A DNA stretch of 20,000 nucleotides from an uncultured virus (IMG/VR IMGVR_UViG_3300028327_000658). Its lineage: Duplodnaviria; Heunggongvirae; Uroviricota; Caudoviricetes. The notes beneath the pieces are model-generated. The model saw nothing but the letters and a program-made list of their open reading frames with translations, ran no database searches and had not been told where the DNA came from. The stretch is from the IMG/VR virus record IMGVR_UViG_3300028327_000658. The stretch is one strand, 5' to 3'. Both the position numbers and the translations under genes were made by a program. Each line of letters begins with the position of its first letter. Position 1 is the first letter of the stretch. Below are positions 15,829 through 20,000 of the stretch, piece after piece.

Positions 15829-16022
15829 GATACAAAGACACGCATACAATTAAAACATTAAAGGCCAATCCAAAATGCCATTATTGTCATAAAACAATAA
15901 AGTATAACGAAAAAACCGTTAAAAACGCCGTGGTACGGAACAAAGACATGGTATTTTGCAATGACGATTGCTATACCGCAGAATGGTTCGATCTTCACGG
16001 CCGATATGTACTTGGAGATTAG
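15825..16022 (+). CDS. Small putative zinc-finger protein (TRASH/FCS-like)
   Basis: CHYC...FCNDDC; TTGA start/stop overlap with the upstream gene. Confidence 0.68.
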   Translation: MRYKDTHTIKTLKANPKCHYCHKTIKYNEKTVKNAVVRNKDMVFCNDDCYTAEWFDLHGRYVLGD

Positions 16023-16031
16023 GATAAGATT

Positions 16032-16346
16032 ATGAGGAGACTATATAACGAAGACAAAACGCATGGAATAGAAGTCAAGCGCATATCAAACGACTGGGGT
16101 AACAAATTTGCGGTATGGCCAATAGTTCGTGGTGATAGCGGGGAGTGGGTTAAAAAGGCGGTCTTGGGTACGTTTCATACCCAATATGAGGCTATGGAGT
16201 GGGGGATCGAAACTATGGCAAGACGCGGGGTGGTGATTAATGAGCCGAATAGCATGAGGAGGCCGCCGCAGTACCCAGGGTACAAACCATTACGCGGCCC
16301 TGGCAGCTATTGGTCTCCATTCAACACATTAGAAGAAAAACGGTAA
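16032..16346 (+). CDS. Hypothetical protein (104 aa)
   Basis: AGGA RBS; packed tightly in the operon. Confidence 0.7.
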   Translation: MRRLYNEDKTHGIEVKRISNDWGNKFAVWPIVRGDSGEWVKKAVLGTFHTQYEAMEWGIETMARRGVVINEPNSMRRPPQYPGYKPLRGPGSYWSPFNTLEEKR

Positions 16347-16351
16347 TAAAT

Positions 16352-16759
16352 ATGAAATTATTAGAATCACATATTACAAGCGCAAATCAGCTAAATGCCG
16401 TGTTTATGTGCGAACACTGCGGATGGAAGATTGTAGCGCAAGATTACAAGTATAGCCATTCGCCGATAAAATGTATAAATTGTGGACACGTTGACGAGAA
16501 AATCGAGGAAATAATATTAATGACGACCCAAGCGTGTCGATGTGAACGGGATGGGAGAGAGTTGAAATATAGGTGTTATATGCATCGGAGGGACGGTATT
16601 ACGTGGGAACTCATTACGCCGGCAATGTGTGAGTATTATGAGAAGTGGGATGGACATGAGGCTGTTATAGACTGTCGTTGGAAAAAAAGTGGGTATTGTA
16701 CAAACAAATCGGCCATAGTAGCGGTAAAAAAAACGATAGAAAAAGCGAAAACTAAATGA
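16352..16759 (+). CDS. Cys-rich hypothetical protein with a zinc ribbon
   Basis: Likely start MKLLESH at 16352; CEHC...CINC plus further Cys; ATGA overlap with the next gene. Confidence 0.65.
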   Translation: MKLLESHITSANQLNAVFMCEHCGWKIVAQDYKYSHSPIKCINCGHVDEKIEEIILMTTQACRCERDGRELKYRCYMHRRDGITWELITPAMCEYYEKWDGHEAVIDCRWKKSGYCTNKSAIVAVKKTIEKAKTK

Positions 16760-17334
16760 ACACAGAATGTTTTACCGATGAACGCGACGGCCAAACCTAC
16801 CGGACGGTCGAAATCGGCGGAGTCGTGTGGCTTGCCCAAAACTTAGATTACAAGGTAGCCCGCTACTCATGGGTATACATGAACGGGCGGCACCCGACCG
16901 GTATAGACTACGGTAGGCTGTACACGTGGAGAGCCGCCCAGGAAGCCGTACCGGATGGATGGCGGCTGCCTACCCCGAAAGACTACTTTGCGCTTGCCGA
17001 AAGTCTGAACCTAACCGTAAACACTATGCACACAAAAGGATTCAAAGATGCCTGGACGCTTCAAGCTCCAGGAGGATGGACGCACGGTCATGCCACGAAC
17101 GAATCAGGCTTTTCAGCCCTCCCAGGAGGTATAAGACACTACAACAACCGTCCCCTATTTACCGGCAGGGGAGAACGGGCAAGGTGGTGGATGTCAGAAG
17201 AGATCGGGAGGGATAGCGCAGAAGCCATAGAACTTACGGCAGGTGGATGGACTGATATAACTTACCAGCGTAAAAGCGATGGTTATTCTGTCCGTTGCAT
17301 TAAAAATGAAAAGGAGGCATTAAACAATGAATAA
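16756..17334 (+). CDS. FISUMP (Fib_succ_major) domain protein (192 aa)
   Basis: FTDERDGQTYRTVEIG, WLAQNLDY, YGRLYTW, PDGWRLPT, NESGFSALPGG, WW and GYSVRCIK motifs. Confidence 0.92.
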   Translation: MNTECFTDERDGQTYRTVEIGGVVWLAQNLDYKVARYSWVYMNGRHPTGIDYGRLYTWRAAQEAVPDGWRLPTPKDYFALAESLNLTVNTMHTKGFKDAWTLQAPGGWTHGHATNESGFSALPGGIRHYNNRPLFTGRGERARWWMSEEIGRDSAEAIELTAGGWTDITYQRKSDGYSVRCIKNEKEALNNE

Positions 17335-17512
17335 CTTTGAGCTATGGAGAAAAAACATAACAGTGGATAATCTTGTCGAACTGTTAAGCCCCAAACAACC
17401 ATTTGGCAGGTGTCATTATTGCCCTGCACCTTCGACAATTTGCGATAGCCCTGATGAAAACAAAAAATGTGAAAAGATAATTAAAAAATGGGGAGCCCGA
17501 ACAGCGCCTTAA
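17327..17512 (+). CDS. Small Cys-rich phage protein (61 aa)
   Basis: AAGGAGG RBS; CHYCP...C...C...W pattern. Confidence 0.7.
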   Translation: MNNFELWRKNITVDNLVELLSPKQPFGRCHYCPAPSTICDSPDENKKCEKIIKKWGARTAP

Positions 17513-17549
17513 ATGGTTGTCGTAACTCCTTTAAAATCAACAACTTACG

Positions 17550-17577
17550 ATGTCGTATAATAGTTCTTATGTAAACT
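17550..17577 (+). other. dif-like XerC/XerD recombination site
   Basis: ATGTCGTATAA-TAGTTC-TTATGTAAACT has the 11-6-11 layout with the ATAA/TTAT core and a XerD arm resembling TTATGTTAAAT. It is intergenic. Confidence 0.75.
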
Positions 17578-17642
17578 TAAATAACAAACTTGTCAAGTCA
17601 CGGCCGCAAAAACAGGCCGAAAACGCCAAAAAAGGCCTTTTT

Positions 17643-17921
17643 ATGAAAAAAGTATACACATATCAATGTAAAAAATGTACGCATTGCAACGGCTACAAAC
17701 GAAACAAGCGCGGAGCGGTGACCGGCTCTGCAATGCCGGGCTACGTGTCAGGCTATGACATCAGCCACGATGATTGGTGGCACTGCAAGCTACATAACAC
17801 ATTTAGTTCCGGCGACCGCCGACTTGCCGATCATCAACCGCCATGCAAAGACTTCGCGGCCAAACTGCACGAGCAAGATGTTTGCCGAGAGCTGCTGAAA
17901 CAGCATAGAGCGAAGCCATGA
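17643..17921 (+). CDS. Cys/His-rich hypothetical protein (92 aa)
   Basis: Likely start MKKVYTYQCKKCTHC at 17643, because the track start at 17550 overlaps the dif-like site. ATGA overlap with the next gene. Confidence 0.68.
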   Translation: MKKVYTYQCKKCTHCNGYKRNKRGAVTGSAMPGYVSGYDISHDDWWHCKLHNTFSSGDRRLADHQPPCKDFAAKLHEQDVCRELLKQHRAKP

Positions 17922-18712
17922 ATAAAACAAAAATAGAATGGACGGATTACACCTGGAACCCCGTAACCGGATGCCTCCACGGATGCGTGTATTGCTACGC
18001 CCGCAGCATTGCGCGGCGATTCGGCGGAGCCGTGTGGGAAGATTGGTCGGTAAGCGAAAACGGCCGCGAGTGCAACGCTTGCGGAGAATACGAAGCCTCC
18101 GGCGAGTTACACGTCTTAGACGAGCCGTTCTTTAAAGACAACGGGATGATCGCCCCGTACCCGTTCTACTTCGATCCCACCTTACACCGCTACCGCCTTA
18201 ACAACCCGCTGAAGAAGAAACCGGGGCCGGTATTCGTGTGTTCGATGGCCGACCTCTTCGGAAACTGGGTTCCCGACACATGGATTGAATTCGTCTTCGA
18301 CGCTTGCCGGAAGGCCCCGCAGCACAAATACCTGTTTTTGACCAAAAATCCGGCAAGGTACGCTCCCCTATCCGATGCCGGCCTCCTGCCGCGTGAGGAT
18401 AACTTTTGGTACGGAACCACGGTAAACACCCAAGCGGATGCCGACAGGAGACTTGCAGACCTGCCGAACCGCGCGAATAAGTTTATAAGCGTCGAGCCGA
18501 TGATGGAGCGCATAAGCCTGACGGAGACCGTTGATTGGGTGATCGCGGGGATCGAATCCGGCAACCGGAAAGGACGGGCGGTCCCGAACCGCGAATGGAT
18601 TTTAGACCTTATGCGCCAATGCCGTACGCTGGGCATCCCGTTTTTTATGAAGAACAGTCTTGTTAAGATATGGGGCGAACCGCTTATTCAAGAATATCCG
18701 AAAGGACTCTAA
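17918..18712 (+). CDS. DUF5131 / phage Gp37-Gp68 family radical-SAM-like protein (264 aa)
   Basis: TKIEWTDYTWNPVTGCLHGCVYCYA (CxxxCxxC), VFVCSMADLF, LFLTKNP, FISVEP, WVIAGIESG and IPFFMK motifs. Confidence 0.93.
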   Translation: MNKTKIEWTDYTWNPVTGCLHGCVYCYARSIARRFGGAVWEDWSVSENGRECNACGEYEASGELHVLDEPFFKDNGMIAPYPFYFDPTLHRYRLNNPLKKKPGPVFVCSMADLFGNWVPDTWIEFVFDACRKAPQHKYLFLTKNPARYAPLSDAGLLPREDNFWYGTTVNTQADADRRLADLPNRANKFISVEPMMERISLTETVDWVIAGIESGNRKGRAVPNREWILDLMRQCRTLGIPFFMKNSLVKIWGEPLIQEYPKGL

Positions 18713-18714
18713 AT

Positions 18715-19446
18715 ATGTACATACCGAGACGAAAAGGGATTTTGTTTTCGACGTTGATGATCCGTGCGCTGCTTGAAAACCGAAAAAACATGACGCGCAG
18801 GATCGCCAAAGGGCCGCACATAAGCGACGGAGTGCGCGGCTGGTGGTACGGCAATCTTTTTTTCACGGATTTCGCCGAAATACCCGATAAACATAAAGCC
18901 GGATATTCGCCGTACAAGCCGGGCGATAAAATATGGGTGAAGGAAACGCATTACGCTTACGGGCACTGGAAACGCCGCGACAACCCGATTAAAGGCACAA
19001 GCAAATTAGTATTCGTCCGCAACCCGTTTAAAGACGTTTATTTTGCGGACACGCTCCCCAAAGACATAATATTATGCGGAAAACGGACGGAAACAGGCTA
19101 TTTTAAACGGAACTCCTTGTTTATGCCGTATGCCCTTTCGCGGCTGTCGTACACGGTCACGACCGTGCGGGCGGAACGGTTGCAGGACATAACGGAAGAG
19201 GACGCTTTGGCCGAGGGAGCCGATCCCCCGCTATACGCCGACGAATCCTGCGGCGGGCACGTCATCGAGACGGCGGTGGATCATTTCAGCTGGATATGGG
19301 ACGGCCTGAACGCCGGAGACGGGCACGGATGGGACGTAAATCCGTATGTTTTTGCTATCAAATTCCAAAAACCGCCCGAACCGAAGCCGCTGTTTTCCGA
19401 AACAGATCGAGACATGTTCATCCATCTCTTAAAAACTCAATTTTAG
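18715..19446 (+). CDS. Phage ASCH/PUA-like protein (243 aa)
   Basis: ILFSTLMIRALLENRKNMTRR, PYKPGDKIWVKET, SLFMP..SR, VRAERLQDITEEDALAEG and WDVNPYVF motifs; ATG at 18715 after AAGGA. Confidence 0.85.
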   Translation: MYIPRRKGILFSTLMIRALLENRKNMTRRIAKGPHISDGVRGWWYGNLFFTDFAEIPDKHKAGYSPYKPGDKIWVKETHYAYGHWKRRDNPIKGTSKLVFVRNPFKDVYFADTLPKDIILCGKRTETGYFKRNSLFMPYALSRLSYTVTTVRAERLQDITEEDALAEGADPPLYADESCGGHVIETAVDHFSWIWDGLNAGDGHGWDVNPYVFAIKFQKPPEPKPLFSETDRDMFIHLLKTQF

Positions 19447-19597
19447 GGGCGGTCTGAATATTTTTAAAAAATATTGCACATATCTTGACACAATTATTAT
19501 ATTAATCTTAATTATACTTGGGCTCGTGAGCACTTTTATTCAATTATGTTTACTACCAGGACTGTGACACGAGCCTCTACAACTAATAGGAGGCTGT

Positions 19598-20000
19598 ATG
19601 GCTGTAAAAAAATCAACGAAGAAGGCGGCGAAAAAAACCTATACGTCCGCGAAGAAAACCACCGTTCCGAAACTGAAAAATAAGCTGGAAAAGCCGTTAA
19701 CGGTTGAAGAGTTAGCCCGTGTTATGGCCGAAAACCACGCCAAAACGGAGGCGTCTATCCGAAAGCTATCTGCCGAAAACGCGAAGTCCCGCGAAGAAAC
19801 GGATAAGGCGATCCGGATGTCCCGCGAAGAAACGGATAAGGCTCTCCAAAAACTGACAGCAGATGTCCGGGAACTGTCTCGAAATCTCGGTCACGTGAGT
19901 AAAGACCTCGGCGAACTTATGGAATTCATCGTTATCCCCAAAATACGCCTCGCCATGAACGCTACCGGGAAGCATTCGTTTGACAGCATGCTGGCGGGCA
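19598..20000 (+). CDS. Lys-rich / coiled-coil protein, 3' truncated; resembles the N-terminus of DUF3782/DUF1626-type PD-(D/E)XK proteins
   Basis: Not in the ORF track. AGGAGG RBS, ATG at 19598, open to the window end: MAVKKSTKKAAKK...SREETDKAIRMSREETDKALQK...LGHVSKDLGELMEFIVIP. Confidence 0.8.
   Translation, partial: MAVKKSTKKAAKKTYTSAKKTTVPKLKNKLEKPLTVEELARVMAENHAKTEASIRKLSAENAKSREETDKAIRMSREETDKALQKLTADVRELSRNLGHVSKDLGELMEFIVIPKIRLAMNATGKHSFDSMLAG
19786..19842 (+). repeat. 24-bp direct repeat with 33-bp period (11-aa coiled-coil unit)
   Basis: GTCCCGCGAAGAAACGGATAAGGC at 19786 and 19819. Confidence 0.85.

Noticed and set aside
12891..19975. Minus-strand and alternative-frame ORFs in the right arm, and the long 5' extensions of ORFs at 13741, 14364, 16310, 17550 and 18670
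   Set aside because: They overlap better-supported plus-strand genes, and downstream ATG/GTG starts fit the gene packing and RBS positions better.

Overview
The window is part of a mobile element (phage, phage-plasmid or conjugative element; no capsid, integrase or relaxase gene lies inside it). It has two arms diverging from an AT-rich control region at ~12300-12980. The LEFT arm (minus strand) holds two giant genes. One is a 2495-aa DarB-like N6-DNA-methyltransferase/SNF2-helicase (4815-12302). The other is a polyvalent protein of at least 1600 aa (4801 to <1) that the ORF track misses because it runs off the window edge. Hand translation gives the order DUF4007/SspB-like, RadC-type JAB, PBECR3-like RNase, ADP-ribosyltransferase nested in a zincin peptidase, Toprim primase. 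The RIGHT arm (plus strand) is a string of early/accessory genes: DUF932, small acidic and Cys-rich proteins, a FISUMP protein, a DUF5131 radical-SAM-like protein, an ASCH-like protein and a coiled-coil protein. Three tandem promoters precede it, and it contains a dif-like XerCD site. The most striking unexplained feature is a complete antisense transcription unit written in-frame inside the polyvalent gene, immediately C-terminal to the RNase domain: promoter TTGCTT-N17-TATATT, a 113-nt multi-stem RNA closed by a 12-bp stem, then a U-tract. It is a candidate RNA antitoxin for an embedded toxin domain. All domain calls come from motif recognition by eye; no database searches were run.
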